DNA of 44,454 nt from Octopus sinensis. Lineage: Eukaryota. Where the stretch lies: the NCBI RefSeq assembly GCF_006345805.1, contig NW_021834911.1, forward strand, positions 1 through 44,454, written 5' to 3'. Both the position numbers and the translations under genes were made by a program. Position 1 is the first letter of the stretch. Each line of letters opens with the position of its first letter. The notes below the pieces were generated by a model. It was given only the letters and a program-made list of their open reading frames with translations, was not told where the DNA came from and ran no database searches. Shown in pieces: positions 1-12,365 of the stretch.

Positions 1-150
1 TTAAATGAATATGGTGTTTAATACAGACGTTCATACTCACGTACACACACACACACACACATATACACACTAGCATGCATACACTCGCATAGCGCTTATC
101 GTACAAACAAAAGCATAAAAATATCGATTAGTATTATTAAAATACTTTAA

Positions 151-574
151 TCTCTCTTTTTACTCTTTTACTCTTTTACTTGTTTCAGTCATTTGACTGC
201 GGCCATGCTGGAGCACCGCCTTTAGTCGATCAAATCGACCCCGGAACTTATTCTTTGTAAGCCCAGTACTTATTCTATCGGTCTTTTGCCGAACCGCTAA
301 GTAACGGGGACGTAAAACACACCAGCATCGGTTGTCAAGCAATGCTAGGGGACAAACACAGACACAACAAAACACACACAGACACACACTATATATATAT
401 ATATACATACATACGACAGGCTTCTTTCAGTTTCCGTCTACCAATCCACTCACAAGGCATTGGTCGGCCCGGGGATAGCAGAAGACACTTGCCCAAGGTG
501 CCACGCAGTGGGACTGAAACCGCAACCATGGTGGTTGGTTAGCAAGCTACTTACCACACAGCCACTCCTGCGCC
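151..574 (-). mobile_element. tRNA-derived SINE with internal microsatellite (family BC), full length
   Basis: Minus strand: head GGCGCAGGAGTGGCTGTGTGGTAAG (A-box-like) and GGTTTCAGTCCC (B-box-like), then a (TA)/(TG) core at about 361-411, then a 3' domain ending in tandem GTAAAAGA. The same architecture recurs at 2202, 4889 and 35301. Confidence 0.85.
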
Positions 575-821
575 TATAATCATATACATTTCGTATGTCA
601 GTTAAACTATATAGTTTTCTTATACAAGTTACCACGTACCTGATAATAAGACAGTACATTATAATATTAATGGTTTTGTAATTACAATTTCATAATTTGC
701 CGTGTCATATGTGTGTTTTTCACTGAATTTCAGCTTCTCAGTGCAGATGCTGAAAGTGATAGTTATATACCAAGTGTCTTGATAATCATACACAGACACA
801 CATACACACGCCACCAGTATG

Positions 822-853
<32 letters not shown>

Positions 854-887
854 TATAATATATATATATAATATATATATATATATA

Positions 888-1391
888 CGAATATAAACAA
901 GAGGGGTAGTAATATTATTACTACCAGGTGCCCAGCACAAAAGACGAATTAGTCATAGACAAAAATATTATTCATATAGAAAAATATTATTCATGTAGTT
1001 ATACAATTAAGGGCTCCTAAATAAAGATGCCGAGTGCTGGGAACACAAAAAGGGGATGAATTTATCGAGAGTGAAAATCAAAAACGTTCCCAGCACTCGG
1101 CATCTTTATTTAGGAGCCCTTAATTGTATAACTACATGAATAATATTTTTCTATATGAATAATATTTTTGTCTTATGACTAATTCGTCTTTTGTGCTGGG
1201 CACCTGGTAGTAAATAATATTACTACCCCTCTTGTTTATATTCGCATACTACATGATGAATTTATTCGTAAAATTCTTCCCGGCATGCCCGTGTAAATTT
1301 TGCGTCTGCGCAGAGATTTGAAAAGTTAGGATCTGCTAGTAGTCGGATTTAACACATAGTCCCACATCGCTGCAGACCTCGATTGTATAAC
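888..1391 (+). mobile_element. (TA)n-embedded fold-back element 1
   Basis: Arms 888-1044 and 1086-1244 are reverse complements except for two 1-nt indels. The spacer is 41 nt, a unique tail spans 1245-1391, and (TA)n flanks both sides. Confidence 0.8.
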
Positions 1392-1412
1392 TATATATAT
1401 ATATATATATAT

Positions 1413-1677
1413 AAATATTAAAATTACTATGTCTCTCTAAAAGAGATTACGGCAGCGTTACTGGAAATTAATTGTTATCGTCATATTAATATGGCAGTCT
1501 TATAGATATAAGACTAAAGCTGTCGCTGATTAGCTCCATGAGGCCATCGCCTTAAGGTTATAATGGACACAGTTTGTGTGTCAAATAACTATCTTAAGGC
1601 GATGGCCTCATGGAGCTAATCAGCGACAGCTTTTAGTCTTATATCTATAAGACTGCCATATATAATATGGCGATAAC

Positions 1678-1682
<5 letters not shown>
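1413..1682 (-). mobile_element. (TA)n-embedded fold-back element 2
   Basis: Arms 1469-1556 and 1593-1682 differ by 1 substitution and two 1-nt indels. The spacer is 36 nt, the unique end spans 1413-1468, and (TA)n flanks both sides. Confidence 0.8.
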
Positions 1683-1716
<34 letters not shown>

Positions 1717-2201
1717 CGGCATTTGATCTCTGTAACATAATGCAATTGTTTCCTACATGGTCTGTTGTGGTGGAGCATCAAAATGCAAATGGAACGTGCA
1801 ATGCAGAGGTTACAGATAATCACAACAGTAAGGAACAAATGATATCAACTCGAGTCTACCATAGTTTCTCCGAATATATAATATAATATAATATAATATA
1901 ATATAATATAATATATTATGATATAATATAATATAAATATAAATATAATATAAAGTGTAGTAGCTGATGAGTTCTCATTTATGCTTGCGTAGTTAGCATT
2001 TACTCTCGAAATTTTTCTTTTTAACTGTTTTGTTACCTTCTGTTAAAATACATTGCTTTATTTCAATCAATTTTGAAAATAATGAAGTAGTTAATAAAAT
2101 AAATGTGACATTATTAAGTTTATGTTTGGAAAATGAATTAACATCAAATTTGACGCAAGGTTTCAATTCAGACCCATTTAAACTTTTTGTTGTAATATTT
2201 C

Positions 2202-2640
2202 TTCAGTCCCACTGTGTGGCACCTTGGGCAAGTGTCTTCTACTATAGCCGCGGGCGAACCAAAGCTTTGTGAGTGGATTTGGTAGACGGAAACTGAAAGA
2301 AGCACGCCGTACACACACACACATATATACATATATCTCTCTCTCTCTCTTTCTATATATATATATATGTGTGTGTGTGTGTATATATATGTGTGTATGT
2401 GTGTGTGTGTATATATATATGTGTGTATGTGTGTGTGTGTGTTGTCCCCCTCCAACATCGCTTGACAACCGATGCTGGTGTGTTTATGTCCCCGAAACTT
2501 AGCGGTTCGGCAAAAGAGCCCAATAGAATATGTACTGGGTTTACAAAGAATAAGTCCTGGGGTCGATTTGCTCGACTAAAGGCGGTGCTCCAGCATGGCC
2601 ACAGTCACATGACTGAAACAAGTGGAAAAGTAAAAGAGTA
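2202..2640 (+). mobile_element. SINE family BC, 5'-truncated
   Basis: Starts at the B-box TTCAGTCCC. Microsatellite core about 2311-2441, with the 3' domain homologous to 151-360. Confidence 0.85.
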
Positions 2641-2759
2641 CATATATATATATATATTTATTCATTCATTCCGATCATGATATTTACTGCGGTATTAGCT
2701 TGATCAAATATGCACGTGGTTGAGATGAATAATCGGATTTGCCTCGTATAGACGTGTGA

Positions 2760-2761
<2 letters not shown>

Positions 2762-2792
<31 letters not shown>

Positions 2793-3320
2793 TGTATGTA
2801 TGTATGTATGTATGTATGTATGTATGTATGTATGTATGTATGTATGAAGGACTCCTAGCCTTTGTTAGGGCATCCTTCTAGGAGAAGGTAACTCAGGAAA
2901 CTGGGATAACTCCGACATAAAACTGCGGCTCAGTGGTTACCGATGATGTTGACTTGTTTTTCTTTTCGGATTATGGCTGCTGTTGCTTAGTGAGTGGGAT
3001 TGACTCAGTGCACAGCCTTTCCTCACTTTAAAAAAATCTTCTTGCACAGGCATTGCACGATAACAACATTGATTAAGCTTCGTGCAATGGTCATACTCGA
3101 TAACGAGGGGGCAGCCGCCATTTATTATGTATGTATGTATGTATGTATGTATGTATGTATGTATGTATGTATGTATGTATGTATGTATGTATATGCATGT
3201 ATGCATGCATGCATGCATGCATGCATGTATGTATGTATGTATGTATGCATGTATGTATGCATGCATGCATGCATGTATGTATGTATGTATGTATGTATGT
3301 ATGTATGTATGTATGTATGT
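2762..3320. repeat. (TATG)n / (TGCA)n microsatellites flanking an RTE-like fragment
   Basis: Direct reading: 2762-2846 and 3127-3320. Confidence 0.95.
2847..3126 (-). mobile_element. RTE-type LINE 5'-UTR-like fragment or short non-autonomous derivative
   Basis: Minus strand begins ATGGCGGCTGCCCCCTCGTTATCGAGTATGACC and contains CCTTCTCCTAGAAGGATGCCCTAACAAAGGCT, which resembles RTE/BovB 5' UTRs from memory. A related start occurs at 13470-13511. Confidence 0.5.
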
Positions 3321-3663
3321 ATTAGTATATATACGCATGTATTTGTAGGGTATGTATATATATATATATTTACATTTATGTACTTTGGTATATTCTACTG
3401 ATAACGGTAAGTATCACTAAACCAGAAATCGGACGATCTAGAATTAATCTCTAAGAAAATATTCACTAATCTCTTTTATTCATTTCCTCGCTTTCAGCCT
3501 TGTGCTAATGGAGTGTAATTTGAAGTGGTTTTTAGTCTTTTGACGTCTATCTCTAGCATATAGGTGCTGTTTCTCAGTACCCTTAATCATAATATATCGA
3601 TATAAATTTTTACCTATGTTTTTATTACATGGTAACCACTGATGATTTTATCCTTAATATGTA

Positions 3664-3731
<68 letters not shown>

Positions 3732-4059
3732 ATATATGTCTGCATGTATGTATGTATATATACATGCACACTCACATGATGTGTATGTATGTGTATCTGT
3801 GTGTCTGTGTAAGTGAGTGTGCATATGGAGTGGATAAAGCTTATGCCATATTTTCAGTTACGTGAATATGACCAGGGCGTGTCTTTCTAAATATCTATAA
3901 ATATAAAATGCACACACACACATTCATTATATTATTATATATATATATATATATTATACACACACACATATATATGTATGTATGTATATACTTATATAAA
4001 CGCTTGTATGCATGTACGTGTGTGTGTATATATATATATATGTATATATATATATAAAT

Positions 4060-4095
<36 letters not shown>

Positions 4096-4663
4096 ACATA
4101 TATATATATATATACATACGTACATGTTCGTACGAATATGCATGTGAACATGTATGCGTGCGAGTAAGTCTGTGTGTGTGTGCACATGTGCGCTAGCGCT
4201 TCGTTTGTGGTGGTTGTGACTTATTCTTAATCTCTCTTCTTCAGACCACTGTATTTGGGTTATTCATTCCACTGCACACCAATCGTCTCATTGAATGCAT
4301 TCTTTCACTTTATAAAGCATCAAATACGACCGACCCGACCAGCTACATTCCCATTCACCTACAGGCCTACGCACCAACCAACCTCGCCCATGGAACCCAT
4401 TTGTCTTCTAAGCCTATCTACATACCTGTCTTTCATATCTGCATACCTTACTTTCTAATTTTCTGACCTATCCCACCTTGAAAAAAATTATATTTTCTGG
4501 GTTTTTTTTTTATTATCTTTCTGTCATTTACTCCCAAAACTGACGACTATTAATTCATCACATAGCCAAAATTCCCTCATATGAGGAAGGGTTTCCCTTT
4601 TAGAGTTCCTCAACCTCGCTGTTGCACCCTGATTTGAATCATGATTAACAGACATGTACGTTA

Positions 4664-4695
<32 letters not shown>

Positions 4696-4888
4696 GCACG
4701 CACGCACACCTACGTACACACATACATATATACATGCATAACATTACATACATACACACACACACATTACATACATACATACAAACATACATACATACAT
4801 ACATACATACATACATACATACATACATACATACATACATACATACATACATACATTACATTACATTCATACATAAATTTATTCATTT

Positions 4889-5204
4889 ATTTGTTTCAGT
4901 CATTTGACTGCGGTCATGCTGGAGCACTGCCTTGAACGTTTTTAGTCGAAGAAATCGAGCCCAGGACTTATTCTTTGCAAGCCAAGTACTTTTTCCATCG
5001 GTCTCTTTTGCTGAACCGCTAAGTTACGGGGACGAAAAATACGCCAACACTGGTTGTCAAACGGTGACGGGGCAAAGATATACACACACATACACAAATA
5101 CACACACACACACTCACATAAATATAAGTATATCATACGATGTGCTGCTTTCAATTACCGCCTACTAAATTCACTCACAAGGCTTTGGTTGGTCTGTGGC
5201 TATA
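4889..5204 (-). mobile_element. SINE family BC, 5'-truncated and diverged
   Basis: 3' domain 4889-5070, (CA)n core, and partial head CACTCACAAGGCTTTGGTTGGTC. Confidence 0.8.
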
Positions 5205-5234
5205 TACATACATACATGACTGGGACATTCCGGA

Positions 5235-5355
5235 ACTATCTGCGCATGAAATTCACGTGCAACTGGTTGAGCACTCCACAAACACGAGTCCTTTAACGTA
5301 GTTCTCAGGGAGAGTTTGCCTGGCACACTGGATGTGACAAAGCTGACTCTTTAGA
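5235..5355 (+). mobile_element. Diverged interspersed repeat fragment
   Basis: GAAATTCACGTGCAACTGGTTGAGCACTCCACA...TTAACGTAGTTCTCAGGG resembles a common octopus repeat; recognition only. Confidence 0.4.
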
Positions 5356-5744
5356 TGAAAGATATGACTTATTTTTGCTTGCTTGCCTTAATATATGAAG
5401 GACTGAATCCATAATTCTTAGTAAAAACAAGAAGGTAATATTAAGACAATATATCGACACATGCAAATGGAAACGGGATGCTGTCCAAGACATAATACAG
5501 AAACCTACACCTGGCAACGGCAGGGCTACAGTAATTTAGATCAGGCCAGCAGAAATCTTAAGATTAAGAAGAAAGCTCATTAATATGGTTTTCAATATAG
5601 GCACAAAGCCTGAAATTTATGTGAGAATGAAGGCCACTCGGCTGGATCTAAACTCAGCATTTTACCAGACGCGTTAACAATTCTGATAACCTCGTAACAG
5701 CAACCTATACGTTGAATTTGTAAACTATACATTAGTTAAGGAAT

Positions 5745-5965
5745 GTGCCTGTCAATCCACGGGTATGACTAGAGTGATATTGACATAACCAGAGATACAC
5801 AATCACTTTTTCATAAAGGCGTGGGCAGATTACCTTAAGAAGAAAGTCATAACACTCTCCAGACGACAATAATACCAATATCTCAAAGTATTGTTAGAGT
5901 ATTCACACATACTATTTGTTAACACTGAACAATTAACGTTTTCATATAGTCTTCTAATTATTGTG
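5745..5965 (+). repeat. Old interspersed repeat, copy 1 (homologous to 28335-28560)
   Basis: Shared colinear blocks ACTAGAGTGATA, CACTTTTT, CAGATTACC, TGTTAGAGTATT, TAACACTGAAC and CTAATTATTG. Confidence 0.6.
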
Positions 5966-6227
5966 AAGGTGTGCAGAATAAGGCGCTTCGAAAAAAAACA
6001 TGAACCACACCTAGCAAAACAAGGTGTTTGAATCAAATATAAAAATATTTCTTTTACAAATGACACATCAACAACAACGAAAATAAATATATGACTCAAG
6101 TTGAATGACCAACATCAATGAACCTTTAAAGTGGGTGACGAGATACGGAAAATAATTAAAATAAATAAATAATACTCAGAACAAAAGATTAGAAAGGAAA
6201 TTAATTTTTAAAATATCATAGGTAGGT

Positions 6228-6462
6228 TAAGTTCCGTCCCGAGTCATAAGGTCCGGTTTCCCTGTTTTCATGGCGTATAAATTTCCCACCTAGACGAGAC
6301 GCCGATCCATTGCACGATTATTCATTTTTGCCAGCTGAGAGAACTAAAGCAACGTGAAATGTTCCCCTTCAAGAACACAACGTGTCCCCTGGTCCATGAA
6401 TCGAAACCACAGTATTACGATCATGAATCCAACATCCCTGACCACTAAGCCACGCGCCTCCA
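6228..6462 (-). mobile_element. Diverged tRNA-derived SINE related to 19722-20027
   Basis: Minus-strand head GGAGGCGCGTGGCTTAGTGGTCAGG...GGTTTCGATTC, and a 3' part GAAACCGGACCTTATGACTC shared with the 19.7 and 34.2 kb copies. Confidence 0.65.
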
Positions 6463-6679
6463 TTTAAAGACGTCATAGTTCCACAAATACAACTTAGCAC
6501 AACTAGCAAAAAATTCAGCAACACATTAACAGCTGCAAATGACCGGAAAACTGCTAGAACTGATAAAGTCCCTGATTTCCGCCTCAAAGGTCTAATTAGT
6601 AGCACTCATAAATATGTGGCAACAGCATTCAATGAATTAATAAGCTGAAAAATTATAATGCGACACCAGAATGTTTACT

Positions 6680-7132
6680 AGAGCATACATACAAACATAC
6701 ATACATACATACAAACATACATACACACAAACATACATACATACATACATACACACAAATACACACACACGCACATACATAGATACATACATACATACAC
6801 ACACATACATACATACATACATACATACATACATACATACATACATACACACACATACATACATAGACACAAATACACACACACGCACATACATAAATAC
6901 ATACATACATACATCCATACATACATACACACACATACATACATGCATACATACATGCATACATACATGCATACATACATACATACAAATACATACACAG
7001 ACGCACATACATACAACATACATATATACATACATACATACATGCATACATACATACATACATACATACATACATACATACATACATACATACATACATA
7101 CATACATACATACATACATACATACATACATA
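6680..7132. repeat. (CATA)n compound microsatellite
   Basis: Direct reading. It includes an internal duplication of ACACAAATACACACACACGCACATACAT about 117 bp apart. Confidence 0.95.
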
Positions 7133-7314
7133 CTGAGGTATTGAGAAATTTATAGATACTCCAGATTTGTACCAGTAATTATTGAGACAGTCGGATATGT
7201 AACCAATCGCTTTACCACCAATTTTTAGAAATTAGGATTCTCAAAACCAGAATGAAGGAAGCTAATTACTAAACTACAGATCTAAATCATCAACAGAACT
7301 GTCAAACTGTCAAA

Positions 7315-7546
7315 GGCGACGAGCTGGCAGAAACGTTAGCACGCCGGGCGAAATACTTTGTGGTATTTCGTCTGCCGCTACGTTCTGAGTTCAAATTCCG
7401 CTGAGGTCGGCTTTGCTTTTCATCGTTTCGGGGTCGATTAAGTAAGTACCAGTTACGCACTGTGGTCGATGTAATCGACTTAATCCGTTTGTCTGTCCTT
7501 GTTTGTCCCCCCCTGTGTTTAGCCCCTTGTGGGCAGTAAAGAAATA
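7315..7546 (+). mobile_element. tRNA-derived SINE family A with 14-bp TSD
   Basis: GGCGACGAGCTGGCAGAAACGTTAG...GAGTTCAAATTCC...AAAGAAATA. TSD AGAACTGTCAAACT at 7295-7308 and 7547-7560. Confidence 0.9.
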
Positions 7547-7824
7547 AGAACTGTCAAACTATGTAAAACCTCCTAAACGTTTAGCATATAAGTATACATG
7601 CAACTATATATAGTATACGGGTGTGCATACATAAAGCAGAACATACAGATCTGCACGTATACTGACACCAAAATACTTGCACCTATACACACATATATGC
7701 ATAACTACCCTGTTGATGTTATTGAAATGAAGGAGTCTTGGATCTAGGTTAGAAACAGGCTCTTTCTCCATTGAAAGTTAGCTATATAGCTTAATAATAA
7801 CATGCATACATACATACATGCATA

Positions 7825-7901
<77 letters not shown>

Positions 7902-8099
7902 CATACACACATGCATGTATACTTACATACACATACACAAGCAAACAATATACATGTATGCATACTTGCATGCATGCATACATACATACATACATACATA
8001 CATACATACATACATACATACATACATACATACATACATACATACATACATACATACATACATACATACGTACGTACATACATACATACATACATACAA

Positions 8100-8386
8100 C
8101 ATAACAGATCTGATATTGTTCTGTGGGCAGGGAACAAAAGTCATGCACTGTTGTAGAGGTCAACTGCCCACGGATGTCAATGTCCAATCAAAAGTCCAGG
8201 AAAAGAAGAACATCTATGGCGACTTAATACGAAACTTACAACTCTTGTATTCTGACTATGAATGCTCCAAAACATAGAAACACTTGGTTTCACGGCAAAA
8301 GAGCAAAAGAAACTGAACGGATTCTCCAAATCCAATCTATTAGTGGCAGAACGAAGATTTGTTAGATATTCCAGAAATTTTCCATG
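8100..8386 (+). pseudogene. R4/Dong-clade LINE restriction-like endonuclease fragment
   Basis: Frameshifted HNRSDIVLW...PTDVNVQSKVQEKKNIYGDLIRNLQLLY...QSISG matches the RPD...D/E-x-x-x-P...K..Y RLE pattern. Confidence 0.75.
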
Positions 8387-9100
8387 TGAGGTTTTTGTGT
8401 GAATAGACGCACACACTTGGATGTATGCGTTGACAGTAAAACCAGTACACCAACTCAACAACATATTTACAAACACTGGTGACTCTCGTGACTCAAAAAG
8501 TCTTGTCGTTTTGTTAGTAACCGGCTTGGATCCTTTCAAGAAGAACTTAAATTAAACTTTAAAAGAATCATACACACATACGTGCGTAAATACTTCTTAA
8601 ATATGATTTTGTCTCAGTCAAGGCTTGAGGTCACTAAAGTAAGGGTCTACAAAGGAGGAAAAGAAGGTGCCTGTGCATTCAAAAGATGTTTAAAGTACTA
8701 AATATCATAGACCAGAATGAAACAAGACGAAGGTTATGAGTTCCAGAGAACAGCAGTTCGAGGATAGAAGAGCTATTAGAATAAAATGACGTATGACTAA
8801 CAGGAAGTTCAAACATGTATAATATATCTCTATCCACACACATTTATTATCTCTGCGAGATCGATTACAAATTTAGTTTAACGTTCAGAGAGAACCCAGC
8901 TTTATGATCCAAACTATTCAGACTTAAACTGTCTAACAAACATTGATTTTTATCGAAAGTCAATCTGTGTAGTTGAGCAAACACAAAGTGACTTCTTAGT
9001 TGCCGTGACGTCTTGTTTACTAAACTGTATGTTTGGTATGTATGTATAAGCAAGTATTTATGTATACTGGTATGTATAGGACGCATGTATGTATGTATGT

Positions 9101-9404
9101 TTTGCCTGCGTGCCTTCATGTTTGCACGAAGTTGGTCCCGATATTGGAGTCGACTTTGTTCAAATCTTTGAACTGATGAGAAACAGGACTGGAGTCAAGT
9201 CCCGCATTCTGATGATTTGTTTTCCCAGGAAGAAAAGGGAATGTTGCAATCGCTTCAGATTTTGTCTTTAAGTTTGTCTTTGAAGCGCAAGACTAAACTT
9301 CCTGTCTGGAATTGGCCAAACAGAAGTTGCTTTGGAATCGCGATATCACTTATACGTGAGAGATGATCTGACCATCTAAGCTGATGAGGATGGCTTAAAT
9401 ACCT
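9101..9404 (-). pseudogene. RTE/BovB-type LINE 3' end with (CATA)n tail
   Basis: Minus-strand translation RWSDHLSRISDIAIPKQLLFGQFQTG..LRFKDKLKD..CNIPFSSWE is a typical RTE C-terminus with stops. It ends in CATACATACATAC at 9085-9100. Confidence 0.8.
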
Positions 9405-10160
9405 TGTATGTTTCATTTTGTTACCACCTCACTGTTACGAATATGGTCACTTGGTTTTATGCTAGATATAGTGGTCAAGCATCACATATGAAAAACGTCA
9501 AGCTGGTTGACGTGCTTCCGGTCCATATGTCAATATGTGAGTATATTTATGTATGTAAGCATATTAGCATGTATGTATAACAATCAGTGAGTGAACGAGG
9601 ATGTATTTATGTATGTATGTACGTAAGTGTTTTGTCGATCATACACACTCTGTCCCTTATTTTTATAGATACGTAATTATGAAATGACTAAGCTATAGCG
9701 TTGTTGCTAACATAAATGCCGACACACACACGTGCACTCGTGTGTATCTTTTTACTTAATGTAATTTTCTTGACTGCTACCTATATCACCCTTCTGATAT
9801 ACGAATAAATATCCGTTATTTATTAGTTGAAGCAGTGTGTACTAGGTTACACAACCTTCTTTGTCCCCATTCACTCACTATCTGTTCTCTTGGTACCACC
9901 ATCGCCAACACTATCGTTGCTCAATATCAAGTGAACAAGCTTACCAACACCATCGTGGTAACAGTTGAAGTTTCTACTCGCATTTCTAATGGAGTGTGTA
10001 TACGTAGTGAAAATAACAGTGAACACGAAGATTTCTCATCACGCGAAGTCGTGACCGACAATAATCCCGTTAGTATATTAGCAATTTCTCTATACAGTCG
10101 CATTCATACACTCCATCAGTTTCCAGGTTCAAGGAAGCGTCGGCAGCATAATATAATTAT

Positions 10161-10184
10161 ATGTATATTATATATTATGTATAT

Positions 10185-10277
<93 letters not shown>

Positions 10278-10324
10278 ATATATATATCATATATATATAT
10301 ATATAATATATATATATATATATC

Positions 10325-10369
<45 letters not shown>

Positions 10370-10371
10370 AA

Positions 10372-10412
<41 letters not shown>

Positions 10413-10516
10413 GCACATATTTACATGCATATATCTATGTATGTACGTACGTATGTATGTACGTATGTACGTAAGTATGTATGTATGTAATATATATATA
10501 ATATTATATATATATA

Positions 10517-10589
<73 letters not shown>

Positions 10590-10595
10590 ATATAT
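10161..10595. repeat. (TA)n/(TATG)n compound microsatellite
   Basis: Direct reading. Confidence 0.95.
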
Positions 10596-10778
10596 GCGAG
10601 TGGTAGTTGTTTGGCAAGTGACTTGATGTGAAACGAATGAAGTTGTACAATGGAAGCGTCATAATAGCAATATAAGAACAAAAATAATGTCGTTAGAATC
10701 GCCTTTGTTTTACTTCTTAATGCGTGTTACTTAATGGAAATCTATCACTGTTGGTCACCCGGTGGCAGTGATTTAAAA

Positions 10779-11063
10779 CAGTGGCTGCCAAACTTTTCCA
10801 CGTTGCCGACCCCTTCGCACCCAAACCACGTTCGTAGCGCCCCCAGTTCAACTCACCATCCCTAACATAGACCACTTTCTGCGGCAAATTTAAAACAACA
10901 CTGTTTCACAAATAAAATTTAACCTAATTAACCCATTATTTGAAGTTCTTTTTTCATCCATTACTCTTTTTGGGCACCTCATTATCGTCCCAACTTTCTT
11001 AAACGTCCGTCTGGATCTTTTCAACGCCGCCAAGGGCAGTACCACCCACTTTTGGAACCACAG
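10779..11063. mobile_element. Old hAT (Charlie-like) MITE
   Basis: Imperfect TIRs CAGTGGCTGCCAAA and (reverse complement) CTGTGGTTCCAAAA. The 8-bp flanks ATTTAAAA and ATGTAAAC match at 6 of 8, consistent with a decayed 8-bp TSD. Confidence 0.55.
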
Positions 11064-12019
11064 ATGTAAACTTCCATCTTGGCGCTGTTTAATACACGAT
11101 TCTGTTGAGAAATGATGCGAAAGTAAATATAACGATGTATGTATGTTTTTTGCGAGGCTAACATGCCTCTTTTACTATAAATGTGTAAGTATGTATGTAT
11201 GTATGTATGTATGTATGTATGTATGTATGTATGTATGCATGCATGTATGTATGTATGTATGTATGTATGTATGTATGTATGTATGTATGTACGTACGTAT
11301 GAATGTATACACAAATATATACATACGCATCTATCTTGACGTACCCGGTAATTCCCGGGAAAGCAGGGCTTATCCTTTGGTTCCGTTCTCATAATTGTTT
11401 CGCTAATCCAATAACAACAATACATAGTATGTAACCCTTAAAACAGTTTTTGTGCATTTACAGAGAATACCAAACTGTCTTAGACAGGATCTTGCTTTTA
11501 GGAATTTCTAATAAGTTATGAATACCCAAATTGTGAAGTTAGTTATGTAGTAACATGAAATTAGTTACTCGATAGTAAGAATTCAAATAATGTAGTCCCG
11601 AAAAGAGCTTTAATGCGTTCCCAGAGTATATAGAACGTAGGAGGAAATACTAATAAGGTATGTATACTAAAATCGTGAAGCATGTTACGTAATAACAGGC
11701 TAATCAGATAGGAGATAATAACAATTCAAAGTAAATAACTCTGAAAAGGGCTTTTGTGCATTCCCAGAGAATATTACCGTCAGGGGTGCTAGTTTTAGTA
11801 TACTTGTGAATAAGTCACTAACCAAAATAAGTGGATCTATTGTTTAGTAAAATACTATTTACTTGTTTAAGGGTTGTACTGGGTAAATTGCGAAAATAAC
11901 TCTAATAGTTCAAATACTAAGAAATAAGCATAATACATTTGATTTATACCAAATGATTTAGGAAAATGAATGGGTTATTTCCCTTGGTTGCTAAAATGAA
12001 ATATATTAGATATATACAA

Positions 12020-12170
12020 GGATCCCCTCTAGGGGCCCTATTATTGATTTTTTTTTCAACAAACTGAGTATGCCATGAGATTTCCAGACATGTCAAGTTT
12101 CATCAAAATCGATAAAACGATGTAGGAGGAGTTAGCTAACAAATCCACAAACACACCCACAGACAGAATT
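12020..12170 (+). mobile_element. Helentron/HINE-like 3' portion
   Basis: AAGTTTCATCAAAATCG...GGAGGAGTTAG...ACAGACAGA resembles the ends of 16125-16474 and 25346-25858. Confidence 0.4.
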
Positions 12171-12334
12171 TCCTACACATGTAGTGTGTGTGTGTATACA
12201 CACACACACACACACATACACACACATATATATATATATATAAATACAAACACACACACAAACACATATATTTGAAAAAGGTAAATAATAACTTTTTCAA
12301 ATATACCTAACTGTACCAAGGATTTCACACACAC

Positions 12335-12365
<31 letters not shown>

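Noticed and set aside
1045-1085. GAUGA...GAAA in the spacer of fold-back element 1
   Set aside because: Lacks the CU of CUGA, stem II is weak, and there is no stem I or NUH site.
1963-2015. CUGAUGAG...CUCGAAA
   Set aside because: Stem II has only one pair at its base, and stems I and III cannot form.
3085-3126. Possible HDV-like ribozyme at the RTE-like 5' start
   Set aside because: HDV-like ribozymes are known in RTE 5' UTRs, but I could not assemble P1, P1.1, P2 and P3 from this sequence.
9172-9230. CUGAUGAGAAAC and other CUGAUGA motifs
   Set aside because: No stem II; these are the antisense of RTE coding sequence.
9835-10160. About 100 non-repetitive open codons (TTIANTIVAQYQ...)
   Set aside because: No recognisable domain and no convincing splice sites, and it runs into (TA)n. 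One such frame is plausible by chance in 44 kb.
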